DNA of 63,572 nt, the filler included, from Reclinomonas americana ATCC 50394 (taxonomy: Eukaryota), in NCBI GenBank assembly GCA_048213135.1. It is 55 parts of 55 records of this genome, joined end to end, with 100 filler letters (N's around TTAATTAATTAA, not from the genome) between each part and the next. Parts side by side here need not be neighbours in the genome. Positions count along the whole stretch, not along the records: positions 39,444 to 40,499 come from AFZH01026667.1; positions 40,600 to 41,656 come from AFZH01026668.1; positions 41,757 to 42,810 come from AFZH01026669.1; positions 42,911 to 43,966 come from AFZH01026670.1; positions 44,067 to 45,122 come from AFZH01026671.1; positions 45,223 to 46,277 come from AFZH01026672.1; positions 46,378 to 47,432 come from AFZH01026673.1; positions 47,533 to 48,587 come from AFZH01026674.1; 47 more parts are not named here. One strand, written 5' to 3'. How positions within the stretch are numbered: the first letter of the stretch is position 1; every line of letters starts with the position of its first letter. A program made the position numbers and the translations under genes. Positions 39,344 to 52,148 of this stretch are shown here, piece by piece. Under the pieces are notes generated by a model. The model was not told the DNA's origin. It worked only from the letters and a program-made list of their open reading frames with translations, and did not search any database.

Positions 39344-40435
39344 NNNNNNNNNNNNNNNNNNNNNNNNNNNNNNNNNNNNNNNNNNNNTTAATTAATTAAN
39401 NNNNNNNNNNNNNNNNNNNNNNNNNNNNNNNNNNNNNNNNNNNAGACAATGAGAGAAGGAGACGTCGACGAGTAGACGAGTACGACGTACGCGGTAACGA
39501 CGTACGTAGACGTAGTACGACGTACGAGACGAGACAAGAACAAGAAGAAGAAGGAGGAGGAGGAGGAGGAGGAGGAGGAGGACAAGAAGAAGAAGGGAGA
39601 CGACGGAGAACAGGGAGTAAAGAAGGAGAAGAAACAGAAAGAAGAAGAAGAAGAAGAAGCAGAAGCAAGGAAAGAAGAAGAAAAAGAAGCAGCAGGAAAA
39701 GACAAAGAGAAGAAGAACAGGAGGAGCAACTGAACAGAGACAGTAAGGGTGAGGAGGAGGATGAGGAGAAGAACAAGGAGGAGAAGGCTGGAAACAACAA
39801 CAAGAGAACGACAGGAGGAGGAGGAAGAGGAAGAGAAGCGGGAGATGAGGAGGAGGAAGGAGAACAATAACAACAAGGAGAGGAAGACGAGGCAGAACAA
39901 GAGGAAGAAGAATGTGAGCGAATGAGCGCACGAAGAAGAAGATGAAGATAAGAAGAAGAACAAGTAGAAGAACAAGCAGAACGAGGAGGAGGAGGATGGG
40001 AACAAGAACTAGAAGAGAACGATAGGAGGAAGACGAAAGAAAACAACAACAAGAAGAAGAGAAAGACCAGGTAGAACAAGAGGGAGATGAATGTGAGCGC
40101 ATGCATGCGCTTGCATCGGGTGCAGTCAGTGAGAGAAGAGAAAGAGAAAGAGAGAGAGAGGGAGAGAGAGAGGGAGAGATGCACGAATCCGCGTGTGTTG
40201 TTCTCACGCAAACAACCTCTGCGTCACACACATGCGCAGGGAGGGAGGGAGAGAGAGAGAGAGAGAAGAAAGAATGCACGTGCCATCTGAAATCCGCGTG
40301 TGTTGCTCTCACGCAAACAAGGTCAGCCACAGCACACACATACAAGAGAGAGTAAGACAGAGAAAGAGAGGAGAACAAGACATGCATCTCTCTTGTCATT
40401 TGTGCGAATCAGTATGTGCATTCCTCACTCTCACT

Positions 40436-40499
<64 letters not shown>

Positions 40500-40599
40500 N
40501 NNNNNNNNNNNNNNNNNNNNNNNNNNNNNNNNNNNNNNNNNNNTTAATTAATTAANNNNNNNNNNNNNNNNNNNNNNNNNNNNNNNNNNNNNNNNNNNN

Positions 40600-40970
40600 T
40601 CTTCTGGGCCGTATTCGCCTACCAATGTCAGCGACCCGGCCTGCACGCACTGGCCTCCACGCGACTCGAACGAGTCGCGCAGAGACACACCGAGCAGCTG
40701 CCACTCGGTCTCGACCCCACCGCCGAGACCACAAACGACGACACCGCTGATGCAGAAGACGATGCCATCAACGCAACGCACAAGCTGGTCGACTCTGTGT
40801 TGCAATCACCGCGCTTCCTGCTCGAGTTGCCGCCAGCAATCATGTCGACGTCGTGCAGCGGTCCGTTGCCTGAGTCACCCGCCGACAAGCTCGACAGACT
40901 GTTGGCAGTGGAGCGGCACAAGGAGGCCTCGGAAATGGCCACACTAGTGGCCGCAGCGTACAAGCAGTGA
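40600..40970 (+). CDS. C-terminal exon of an unknown protein
   Basis: Open frame FFWAVFAY...LVAAAYKQ* ending about 90 bp before the HBS1-like gene. Confidence 0.5.
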
Positions 40971-41058
40971 GCTGCTGGCAAGAGGAAACAAATGTAGACG
41001 TTGATTAAGAAACGAAGAGTTGTCCTGCGCGCTTGTTTGTTTCCATCCATTCAACACG

Positions 41059-41656
41059 AGTTGCGTGCATGCAGTGTGCCCTCTTCTGCGCAATGCACAG
41101 TCGCTCACTCGCTGCTCGCGTTCCACAGTGCACCGCTCAGTGCGCCATTTCGCAGACGACGGCATGTGCACACTCCCCTCACACTCACACTCTCTCACGC
41201 GCGCTCACATGCTCCTCCACACACGCACACACAGACGACTATGGTGACGATGATGACGACTTTTATGATGACGAGCCAGAGCACACGCAAGCGCATCTCT
41301 ATTCTGGTCTCTCAATCTCTCTCACACACACACACTCTTGCTCACTCACTCACTCACTCTCTCTCTCTCTCTCAGCGGAAGAGATTGACGAGTACGTGGC
41401 GGCGATAAGAGAGACCGTAGGCGACGATGCATTCACATACGATCAGATGGTGGATGCACTGGAGTGGAATCACTTTGAGGTCGATCAGGCAGTGGAGTGG
41501 CTGCTGGGCGGAGGTGGCGAGGGTGAGCGCGAGAGGATGCTCACTATTGTAGACTAGAGAGGCTCATTCATGTGTGTAAAGCATCTCCAGCTCCCGCGGC
41601 GAGCAAGCCAGCAGCTGCGACGGGCAAGGCCGGCAAGGCGGGCAAGGCGGGCAAGA
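41059..41656 (+). CDS. HBS1: HBS1-like translational GTPase N-terminus (HBS1_N domain)
   Basis: MHRSVRHFADDDDYGDDDDDFY..., IRETVGD..MVDALEWNHFEVDQAVEWLL. Confidence 0.75.
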
Positions 41657-41863
41657 NNNNNNNNNNNNNNNNNNNNNNNNNNNNNNNNNNNNNNNNNNNN
41701 TTAATTAATTAANNNNNNNNNNNNNNNNNNNNNNNNNNNNNNNNNNNNNNNNNNNNTCCGTCTCCCTCCCTCCCTCCCTCCCTCCCTCCCCTCTCACTTC
41801 CCTCCCCTTCCCCCCTTCCCCCTTCCCCCTTCTCCTCACCACCTTCCCTTCTCACCATCCACA

Positions 41864-42810
41864 GCCACCGGCCTCGCCTTCACTCCCACCCACTTTGTGG
41901 GCATGGACGAGCGCGAGCACGAACAGCCGGCAGGCGGCAAACCGAGACAACGCGTGCGTGCGGGTGGTGCCGGCGACGCCGCCGTCAACTTGGACGCGCC
42001 GTTTATTGTGGTGACCGAGGTCGGCCACGTCTACAAGGCCTCGGTCGACGTGGCCGCCTCGCATGCCGCCGCTGCGGCCAGTGGTGAGCGCATGCCTCTC
42101 GGCTTCTCATGTGTGTCGTCGTACGCGGCGCACGGTGGACCGGCCACCGCGGCCAGTTACTCGCCATTCCATCGCAATCTGTTTGTGACGGCGTCGTCGG
42201 ATGGTTCGGTGCATGTGCACAGCGCGCTGCAGGCGCGCCCTGTGCTCGTGCTGGAGCCGGCCTCGGGCAGTAGCGGTCTCCTGTCGGTGCAATGGTCACC
42301 AACAAGAGCGTCGGTGCTGGCCGCCACCGCCTCGGATGGCTCCACGTATGTGTACGATCTGGCGGTGAGCAAAGGAAATGGGAAACAGAATGTGTGTGAG
42401 GCGGAAAAAACTCAACCACGTGCGTGTGTGTGTGCAGGATGAGGCAAACGCCCATGCGCCGTGCGATACACTATTGTGGGACGACCGCGCACACCCCGAA
42501 GAAGTCGGTGCGAGTGGCACGGAGGAGGGGAGTGCCGACGATCGTGGTACTGATGGTTCATCGTCGTCGTCAAGTGCCGCTCCCTCGCGATCATCTGCCG
42601 CCGCCGGCGCCGGATCCTCGTCGTCGACAACTGCTGCTGCAGCGCGGCGCAAGGGACGTGGTGTGGGTGTGGGTACAGAGCAGGCGGAGGTGGCCGGTGC
42701 GGACTCGGGCGCGGCATCGTCGGTGCGCTTCAATCCCAAACACGGCGAGTGGCTGGCCACCGTGTACGCCAAGCAGGCCGCCGTCAAAGTGTGGCGTCTG
42801 TCCACGCGTT
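41864..42810 (+). CDS. WDR34: IFT dynein-2 intermediate chain WDR34/DYNC2I2, WD40 region
   Basis: HGGP...SYSPFHRNLFVTASSDGSVHVHSALQARP..VQWSPTRASVLAA. Confidence 0.85.
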
Positions 42811-43535
42811 NNNNNNNNNNNNNNNNNNNNNNNNNNNNNNNNNNNNNNNNNNNNTTAATTAATTAANNNNNNNNNNNNNNNNNNNNNNNNNNNNNNNNNN
42901 NNNNNNNNNNAAAGATTTATCTATGTGTTTGTATGTTGTTGGTGTGCCAATGGTCATCGTCGGCAAGGGATTTGTGGACATTTGTCGCATTATTGGAATG
43001 TGGTGAATGAAGTGTTTTGTTTGTGTCGAAACTGATATCGGCGACACGAGGGTTCAGCCGCAGCGCTGCGTACGCTGTGCTCGTGTGCATCATCTTGGGC
43101 CAGTGTCTGTTTTCACGGTGCTCTGCCAGCATGTTGCCTCCGGATCCACTTCGCAGCAATTGCAACCGTGTACATGTGAGCGCGCGCAGCGTGTTGGCCT
43201 CGAGGGGATTTCGTAGCGCAAATAGTGTCAGCGGCCTACGTAGACGCTGAACTCGTTGATGCTGGGTGCTGCAATAGCGACGCGACGGATTGCCCTGAGG
43301 ATGCGGCCGGCGCCGCAGCGCAGCTGCTGCGGGATCCGGAGGGATCCGGAGACTGTTTGCTCGATATATACGGCACCACGACCTCCTCCAAGGCCTCTCT
43401 ATTCGCACTCCCGATCGTTTCCACCGATCTACCCACACCGCCCACACTCATCTCCCACCACCTTGATTGCTGTCCACCCACCCGTGTCCCGCGACGTCCC
43501 TCCTCTTTATACCTCCCTCCTCCTCCTCTCGCAAA

Positions 43536-43781
43536 ATGTCAGCAGGCGACTCCGAAAGCAGCGGCGACCGCTGGGCCATGGGCGCCAACCCGCTCGCCCA
43601 AAACGCCGCACTCCGCGAGCTCCACCAGCAGCGGAGCACCCATGTCGGCCACCAACGATCCGTCTCCTCCTCCTCCTCGTCATCCTCCACTGGCGCACCT
43701 GCAGTTGCGGGAGGAGCAGGAGGAGGAGGAGAGGTGGGAGATACACCACCAGCGTCACCAGCAGGCGCCAGTGCGCAACAG
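43536..43781 (+). CDS. First exon of an unknown Ser/Gly-rich protein
   Basis: AAAATG start and CAG|GTGAGT donor. Confidence 0.5.
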
Positions 43782-44107
43782 GTGAGTGAGAGGGAGAGGG
43801 GAAGAGTGTGTGTGTGTGTGTGAGAGAGAGAGAGTGTGTGTGTGTGAGAGAGAGTGAGAGAAGGGATGTATGTGTGTGTGTGCGAGTGAGAGTGTGAGCA
43901 AGGATTGTGAGTGAGCAAGGATTGCACTTGCGTTTCTCTCTGTCTCTCTCTTCTCTCTCTCTCTCTNNNNNNNNNNNNNNNNNNNNNNNNNNNNNNNNNN
44001 NNNNNNNNNNTTAATTAATTAANNNNNNNNNNNNNNNNNNNNNNNNNNNNNNNNNNNNNNNNNNNNTTGTGGCTGGCATTCGACTCATTCCCCGCCCTTC
44101 CGTGCAG

Positions 44108-45094
44108 TTCACCAAGCATGGATCTGTGCGCATCATTTGCGATCTGGCGGAACGGCGAGCGTGGACATCGTCACACCCCGCCCCTGGCGTCCACGGTGGT
44201 AAGAGCGTTTTTGTTGCTTCATCTCCAATCTGTGCACGCTTGCTGACGGCTGGCTTGAGCAGAGCCGCAGTTCGACTACGCGCCACAGTTTGAGTGGCCG
44301 CAAGTGCTGGCCGACAGGGGCGCGTACACACTGACCGACGCACGGGAGACGCGCACATCGTTCTTTTTGCGCTTTTGTGTGGCCGACACTGGGCGCGGTG
44401 TGCCTGCGGTTGACACGTCGCACCTGATGGAGCCGTACTTCCAGAGCAGTGCCATCAAGAACAACACCAAGTTTGCCGGCACCGGTCTTGGCCTCGGTGA
44501 GGAGGAGTCGTTTGGAAGAGTGTCGAGCTCGTCGTCGCCGTGCTCACATGCTCGCTGTACGCAGGTCTGGTGCGCGACATGTGCAAGACACTGTGGGATG
44601 GCGAGTTGTGGTGCGTTGCGGCGGCTGTCGCTTTGCGGTGCTTTGTGAAGAACAGTGTGCTGATGATGATGAAATTTGTGCCGCAGGTTTACATCGGAGC
44701 AGCATGTGGGATCGTCGTTCTTCTTCACCGTGCCGTACCTGCCGACGGCAGAGTTGTGTTCTTTTTTTGCTTTCTCTCACTCTTGCACGCGTGGCTGACT
44801 GCTCGACGCAAACACAGACTCTTTGTCTACGACGACATGACGCCTGTCGCTGGCTCGGCGACAAGCCCGGCTGCGGCCGGCGCACCCTCATCGTCCACAT
44901 CACTGCCAGTGGCAGCGATAGCGGCGACGGCAGCAGCAGCGGCGGCGGCCAACTTCTCATCATCGTCGTCGTCGTCTTCGTCGTCTTCGGCGGCGTTTGT
45001 CGGCGATGGCTCTCGGCCCGAGCTGTACTGCGTTCTTGTGGACGACAGTCGCATCATCACCAAGTCACTGGAGCGACTGTGTCTGACGCATCCG
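44108..45094 (+). CDS. Spliced hybrid histidine kinase (HATPase_c plus start of receiver domain)
   Basis: FTKHGSV, VADTGRGV, EPYFQ, GTGLGL, GELWFTSEQHVGSSFFFTVP, VLVDDS. Confidence 0.9.
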
Positions 45095-45257
45095 GTGAGT
45101 GTCGGAGGAGAGGGGAAGGGGGNNNNNNNNNNNNNNNNNNNNNNNNNNNNNNNNNNNNNNNNNNNNTTAATTAATTAANNNNNNNNNNNNNNNNNNNNNN
45201 NNNNNNNNNNNNNNNNNNNNNNCGCGCGCACACACACGATGCCGACGGTGCGCATTA

Positions 45258-46100
45258 CCATTCGAGCTGATCACGTCGACCATCGCCTGCAGGAGTCGCG
45301 ACGCCAGCGGCAACATGAATGCCACATCATCGCGCATGTCGGCCGACAATTTGTGACCGGCAAAGTGCGATTGCAAGAGAACGTTGGCCTTGGTGTGCGG
45401 ATCCGAGAACTTGGTGCTGGTGATCTTCAACAAAGCATGCGACGCCAGCTGTCGTGACAACAAAGAATAAATGATCACAGCAATGAGACAAGAGGCGGTG
45501 AATAGAGAGGTGCATGCTGGTCACCAACAGACCTTGCGAATCGTTTCTTCTTCGTATTGGCGCACCGGCAAGTCGGCGAACTCCGAGGCCGAGCTCAGAA
45601 TCTCCACCAGACCACGCAGCTTGGTGCGCGCATTCAACGAAGAGCCAAAGATTTCGATTGTGGAGTACTTGACATCTGCGTCGCCGACAAGCATGAGGCA
45701 CAACGCAGCAACCACGCAGCGCGGCAGGGCTTCATCGACGCAACAGTAGTAAGCGGCAATCATGCCAAAGTTCAGCGGGAACACGTCAATGTCGTCTTCA
45801 ATGCTGAGGCATTTGGCTGACTCAAGCGTTGTCAGCACACTCTCGACCAACTCCGACAGGTAGTCATTGACGTGCTGATGCGACACGCCTGCCACATGGA
45901 AGTGTGAGGAAACAAACAGCGTGTACAAGCACCAGCACGCAAGCAGAACACGCACCAGGCAAGTTGTAGTAGTTCGGGTTTTGCGTGATGCGGCGGTACA
46001 AGAACGTCCACGTCAAGTAATCCACAGCCTCCTGTTTGTTCTCGATAGTCTTGACCACCACCTCGGCATTGATGTGGTCGGTCAAGAAGTGGTCCAAATG
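45258..46100 (-). CDS. SNRNP200: U5 snRNP helicase Brr2, C-terminal cassette/Sec63 region
   Basis: [63 protein letters not shown]. Confidence 0.96.
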
Positions 46101-46166
46101 CGACTACAACAGACAAACCATGAACAATATGAGCTGGAATACGCACGCACACACACACACACACAC

Positions 46167-46262
<96 letters not shown>

Positions 46263-47375
46263 CGTACACGACACGACNNNNNNNNNNNNNNNNNNNNNNN
46301 NNNNNNNNNNNNNNNNNNNNNTTAATTAATTAANNNNNNNNNNNNNNNNNNNNNNNNNNNNNNNNNNNNNNNNNNNNCTTCTTCTTCTTCTTCTTCTTCC
46401 TCCTTTGTCTTCTTCTTCTTCATTCATTTATCTTTCTCTTCTCTTCCCCTGTCCTTTTTTCGTTCTTGCATCTCCGTCCTCCTTCTACATATCGCCTTAC
46501 ATACAGGCACTGTGATTGAGAGAGGGAAAGCTGAGCGTTGTAGTGCTTCTTCATAGATAGAGGCTGAGCAGGAGGCACTCTCTGTGATGGAGGTGGTGCA
46601 GAGGGAGGGGCAGAGGCGAGCAAGTGAGAGGTGGAGCCATTCGGAGGTAGTGGTCGTTGTGGAGTTGACGAAGAGGGAAAGGGAGGGAGTGAAAGGGAAT
46701 GTGCAGATTGGCACGAAGTTTAGGAGAGCAGAGAGACAAGAGTCAGAGACAAGCGTGTGCTTCGTTCTTCTCCTTCTTCTTCTATGCAAACAGGCATGCA
46801 GACAAACAAGAAGCAAAAAGAGAGATTCGAGACATGTCAACGGTTTCCCTTCTGCAAGCAGGACTGCGAGAGACAAACAAACACAGAGATGCAATGTGAG
46901 GGAGAGAGGAGGGTGACGGAGTCCGGTATGCAATAGATGCACGTCCGTTCGCTCTTGATTCGCTCAGCTACTCCTCGACCTGTTGCTACCTGCCTGATCG
47001 CACACATCCAGCATCACAGTCCTGTCTCCTGTTGCCGTACAGCAACTTCTACCCTCGGTGACAAGTCATGCTGTATTGTTCTCTCCCTCATTCTCCCCTC
47101 TCCCCTTCTTCCCCCTCCCGTCCCCTTTCCGCAGAACCTACTGCCCTCACACCGCCGGCCACATCAAGAGCGTCGCCGTCATCATTCGCGCCCCCCGCGG
47201 ACACGGCCAGGAGGCCATTCTCATCTCCATCGAGTTGCCTGGCACTCGTGTGGAGCGCGAGTCACGACTGGTGGCCACAGCGATGCGTGTCATTGATTAC
47301 CTTGATCGTTTCGTGCGCATGCCACCTTTACTGCTCTCTCTTCTATCCTTGAGCCTTGCATTTTTCGTCACTGCC

Positions 47376-47432
<57 letters not shown>

Positions 47433-47532
47433 NNNNNNNNNNNNNNNNNNNNNNNNNNNNNNNNNNNNNNNNNNNNTTAATTAATTAANNNNNNNNNNNN
47501 NNNNNNNNNNNNNNNNNNNNNNNNNNNNNNNN

Positions 47533-48587
47533 GCTAGCCTTTGGCAAGAGGCAGCTGCTTCGCACGAGGTCCCAGCCTATCCGTCGGTGTTCACGGGAGC
47601 TGACGAGTGGCGCATTGTGGGTAGAGATGTTCACGGACGCGTCGTTGGAGGGTTATGGAGTGGAGTTGCCGGAAAGATGGTTGAGGGGTCAGTGGGAGAC
47701 GACGCCACTGCCGGCGGAATTTGCGCCCAACCAGGACGGTTCGTGGACCATCGCAGCTTACGAGCTGTACACAGTGTTGCTGGGTATGCGCGAGTTCTTG
47801 ACGGTGCTCCGGGGTACCACACTGAGGGTGGTGACCGACTCGATGAATGCTGCGGCTTACATCAGGAGAGCGGGCGGCAGCTCGGTGCCGATGACGAGGA
47901 TGGCTTTAGCGATATGGCGCTGTGCCTTCGACAACGACATTCACCTGTTGACTCCCCGGTGGGTGGCCTCGTCGGCGAACGGTACGGCGGACTCGCTGTC
48001 GAGGTCGATGGAGTTGACGGAGTGGCAGTCGACGGACGAGGCGTGGATGCTGTTGACGACTCGCTTTGGTACGCCGACGGTGGATCGGTTCGCGACAGCG
48101 AGGAACACTCGCTGCCCGAGGTGGAATTCGTTGGTGGAGGATCGTGGTCAACGAGACGCGTTTACGGCGACCGATTGGGGTCAGGAGTTCAATTGCAACC
48201 TGGTGATCGCGCCGTTCGCACTGTTGGGCAAGATACTGCGTATTATCGTGGATACCAGGGCCGACGCAGTGATCTTGGCGCCCCATTGGAAGACCATGGA
48301 GTGGTTTCCACTGCTCAAACGCTGCAAGCGGGCGGCGGGTTATCACAAGCTCGTGCTCAGCAGAGTGCCTGGGGTGCACTTCACGTTTCCACCGGACTCC
48401 CGCTTTTTGTTGCCGGAACCGTGCTTACGTCCGGCAGCGGACTGGTCAGTCGCACTGTATCGGGTGAAAGGGGTCGCTTAGCGGCCAGGGTGGCGCAGGC
48501 CATGGACGGTGGAGACGCGGCGATGGATGACTTGGTGTCGGAGCTGGTGGCAAACAGCTATGCGCTGTCGACGAGACAGAAGCGCAA
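47533..48587 (+). mobile_element. DIRS-type tyrosine-recombinase retrotransposon fragment: RNase H + methyltransferase-like domain (to 48481), with overlapping start of the YR ORF
   Basis: FTDAS..G.G, ELY.V, TDS..A..YI.R.GG, N..AD.LSR; DRFA..N, DAF..DW, APHW...WFPLL; then SYALSTRQKR in another frame. Confidence 0.9.
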
Positions 48588-48687
48588 NNNNNNNNNNNNN
48601 NNNNNNNNNNNNNNNNNNNNNNNNNNNNNNNTTAATTAATTAANNNNNNNNNNNNNNNNNNNNNNNNNNNNNNNNNNNNNNNNNNNN

Positions 48688-49447
48688 GTCGACGCCGGGC
48701 GGGAGTGGGTAGTCTGCACACACAGTGAGACAAGTATCACCGACCCAAGGGAGAGAGAGAGCACGCACTGGGGAAGGTAAAGAGGCGGACTTCGAGACTG
48801 CCGTGGCACGACTTTTCCAACTTGCACGCATCACCAAAGGCCTGCAGTCCGGCCAGGTAGTCGAGCATTGAGGGGTACGTGTGGTTCCAGTGCGCACACA
48901 GGAATCGCACGTCGACGCCACGCCTGTGTGGTCGCACACACTCATGAGCAGGGTGAAAAACGGCAGAGACGAAAAAACAGAGCATTGTGGAAAACGCAAC
49001 TCAAGCACCGCTCGCTTCATGGCCGTGTCGATGACGGGCCAGTAGGTCGACGACTTGCCGTAGATGCTGGTCGGCGAGTAGTCCATGACCTCGGCGTGAA
49101 TGTACACGGTGGCGTTGTTCATCACGCTAACCAGCCCGTCGATATCCGACGTCCAGAAGGGCGGCGTGAGCGGTGGCGGCGAGACGCTGAACAGCATGTC
49201 GCCGTACTGTGGGTTGTTGCCCTGAAAGTCGGAGATCTTGATGCGCGCCTTGTGCTGCAAGTTGACCGAGGTGGTCACCGAATTCGGCCACTCGTCGGGT
49301 GCATGCTGCAGGTCGCCGGCGATCCAGTACGTGTCGAAGATCTTGTTCAGCTGCTGTGTGAGGCACTTGCAGCCGAAGAACACCACGCCGAGTTCCTTGA
49401 CCAGGGCCAGCGATTTCCAGTCGAGGTTCGCGCTGCCGAGGTAGAAT
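48688..49447 (-). CDS. PLD3: Phospholipase D3/D4-like protein
   Basis: FYLGSANLDWKSL..VKELGV, SPP, VMDY.P, YWPVID.A..RAVLE|RGVDVR. Confidence 0.9.
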
Positions 49448-49596
49448 GCTGGCGGAAAGGGAGAAGGGAGAAAGGGGTGGATGAGGGGAAGGGAGAGGGG
49501 GAGGGAAAGGGGAGGGAAAGGGGAGGGAAAGGGGAGGGAAAGGGGAGGGAAAGGGGAGGGAAAGAAGTGAGAATTAGTGCACAAGACTCTGCTGAG

Positions 49597-49741
49597 CCAG
49601 ATGCTGAACTCAAAGTGCAACAATCTGAACTTCAACACTCCGCGGATCCAGGTTCTAACTCACAGTGCAAGACTCTGAACTTCAACACTTCGCGGATCCA
49701 GATGCTGAACTCAAAGTGCAACAATCTGAACTTCAACACTC
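49597..49741. repeat. Intronic minisatellite, about three units of 50-51 bp
   Basis: CCAGATGCTGAACTCAAAGTGCAACAATCTGAACTTCAACACTCCGCGGAT and variants. Confidence 0.85.
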
Positions 49742-49841
49742 NNNNNNNNNNNNNNNNNNNNNNNNNNNNNNNNNNNNNNNNNNNNTTAATTAATTAANNN
49801 NNNNNNNNNNNNNNNNNNNNNNNNNNNNNNNNNNNNNNNNN

Positions 49842-50895
49842 GGGGAATGAAACAGGAAATGCACAGCAATGCGAGTGGGCGGAACGGTATGCATCAGGCG
49901 ATTCCACGCACGCAGACACACACAGCCGTGCACATGCTCTCAGCAAGAGAGGAGGGCGAGGAGAGGAAGGGAGGCGAAGAGGGATGCGTGTGGGCGGAAG
50001 AATTGCTCAATCACACGGAGCAATGCACGAAAACACACAACACGTATGGCGAGAGAGGAGGAGGAGAAGAGGGAGAGAGTGAGACAGAAGAGAAGAAAGG
50101 GAGAGGAAGGGAGGCGAATAGGGAGAGGAAGGGAGGAAGGGAGGTAGAATTGTGCAATCAAGAGGAACAATGGCGAGTCAATGCACACAGAGACACACAG
50201 TCATTCTCTCGGCAAGAGGAGGAAGAGGAGAGGAAGAGGAGAGGAAGGGAGGCGAAGGGAGGAAAAGATGCATTGCGTGTGGGCGGAAGAACTGTACCAT
50301 TACGAGGGGGCAGTGGCGAATCCAAGCACGATGACACGCAACACGCACGGCGAGAGAGGCGACGAGATATATAGAGAAAGAATGAGACAGCAAGGGAGGT
50401 AGGGAGTGGAGAGAGGAAGAGAGGAATAGAGAGGAAGTGAGGAAAGGAGGAAGAAGTGTGCAATCACGCGGAGCACTGGCGAGTCAATGCATACAGATAC
50501 ACACATTCATTCTCTCAGCAATTGCAAGAGAGGAGGCGGAGAGGAAGAGAGTGAGAGAGGAAGAAAGGAAGGGAGAGGAAGGAAGGAAGGGAGAGGAAGA
50601 AAGACGATGGGAGGTGAAGAGGGAGAGAGTGCAATCAAGCGAAGGAATGGCGAGTTGATGCACGGAGATACACACAGCAGTGCTCTCAGCAAGAGAGGAG
50701 GACGAGGAGAGGAAGGGAGGCGAAGAGGGATATGTGTGGGCGGAAGAATTGCTCAATCACGAGGAGCAGCGGCGAGTCAATGCACGAAGACACGCAACAC
50801 GTATGGCGAGAGAGGAGGAGGAGAGGAAGGTACGGGAAAGGGAGAGAGCGTGATTCGTGTCGGAAGAATTTGTGCAATCAAGCGGAGCAGTGGTG
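49842..50895. repeat. Complex higher-order repeat family, copy 3
   Basis: Colinear with 13988 onward (GAATGAAACAGGAAAT...). Confidence 0.9.
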
Positions 50896-51022
50896 NNNNN
50901 NNNNNNNNNNNNNNNNNNNNNNNNNNNNNNNNNNNNNNNTTAATTAATTAANNNNNNNNNNNNNNNNNNNNNNNNNNNNNNNNNNNNNNNNNNNNGCACA
51001 GAGAACAGTGACATTAGTCTCA

Positions 51023-52048
51023 CCATGCCAGCAATGACCGAGTTAGGGTCCTCCTGAGCAGCCGAGTTGACCGTGTCGTTGGCACCAATGACGAGGGCGA
51101 CATCGGTGTGCGGGAAGTCCTCGTTGATCTCCTCCATCTCGAGCACAATGTCGTACGGGACACGAGCCTGTGTGAGGGGGAAGAAAGGTGAGACACACAG
51201 AACAGCTTGCGTTTCTTCTTCTTTTCACAAACCTCAGCCAGCAGCACATTCAGCTGACCAGGCATGCGACCGGCGACCGGGTGAATGCCAAAGCGGACAT
51301 TGACTCCCTTGTCGCGCAGCGTCTTGACCATGTCGGCCACGGCGTACTGCGCCTTGGCGACGGCCAGACCGTAGCCCGGCACAATGATCACGCTCTGCGC
51401 CGAGGTCAGCAGCTCGACTGTGCCGTCCACATCGATCTCAGTGTGCGTGCCAGTGATCTTCATCTTCTCTCCACTGCAGGCGAGAGTCAAGAGATGAGTG
51501 GCCACGAAGACAACAACACAGGTGGCGAACGTCACGCAACGTTCCAGAGCTGGAGGTACCGTAGCCGCCGAAAATGACATTCGGCAGCGAGCGGTTCATG
51601 GCCTTGCACATAATGTACGACAGAATGGCGCCGGATGAGCCAATGAGCGCACCGACGACAGTCAGCAGGCTGTTGCCGAGCATGAAGCCCTGCAGCAATA
51701 AAAAAATAATCCGTGTCAGAACGATAACAAGAGCATGGCTTTCCCCGCTTTCTCTCCACACGTAACCTCAGCGCACAGCGCCCATCCACTGTAGCTGTTG
51801 AGCACAGTGATGGCGACAGGCATGTCAGCGCCACCAATGGAGGCGGTGACGTGCCAGCCAAGCAGACCGGCCAGGGCGGACGTGCCGACCAAGCTGGCGA
51901 CCGCAGCCTGCAATTTTTGTGTGGGGGGTTTCACAGTCAGATTCCAGAGTCAGAGGATGTGGGTGTGTGCGCAGACTCAACTCCTGCGCTTGGGTTGGCC
52001 AAGCACACAGCCATCAGCGCGAGGTTGCCGCCCATCATGGCCATGTTC
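51023..52048 (-). CDS. NNT: NAD(P) transhydrogenase beta-subunit region, five exons
   Basis: [73 protein letters not shown]. Confidence 0.97.
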
Positions 52049-52148
52049 NNNNNNNNNNNNNNNNNNNNNNNNNNNNNNNNNNNNNNNNNNNNTTAATTAA
52101 TTAANNNNNNNNNNNNNNNNNNNNNNNNNNNNNNNNNNNNNNNNNNNN

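Noticed and set aside
39388..40399. Long L/S/F-rich or R/E-rich ORFs (also at 4594-5166, 30132-30788, 35921-37012)
   Set aside because: They are stop-free by-products of GA/CT microsatellites.
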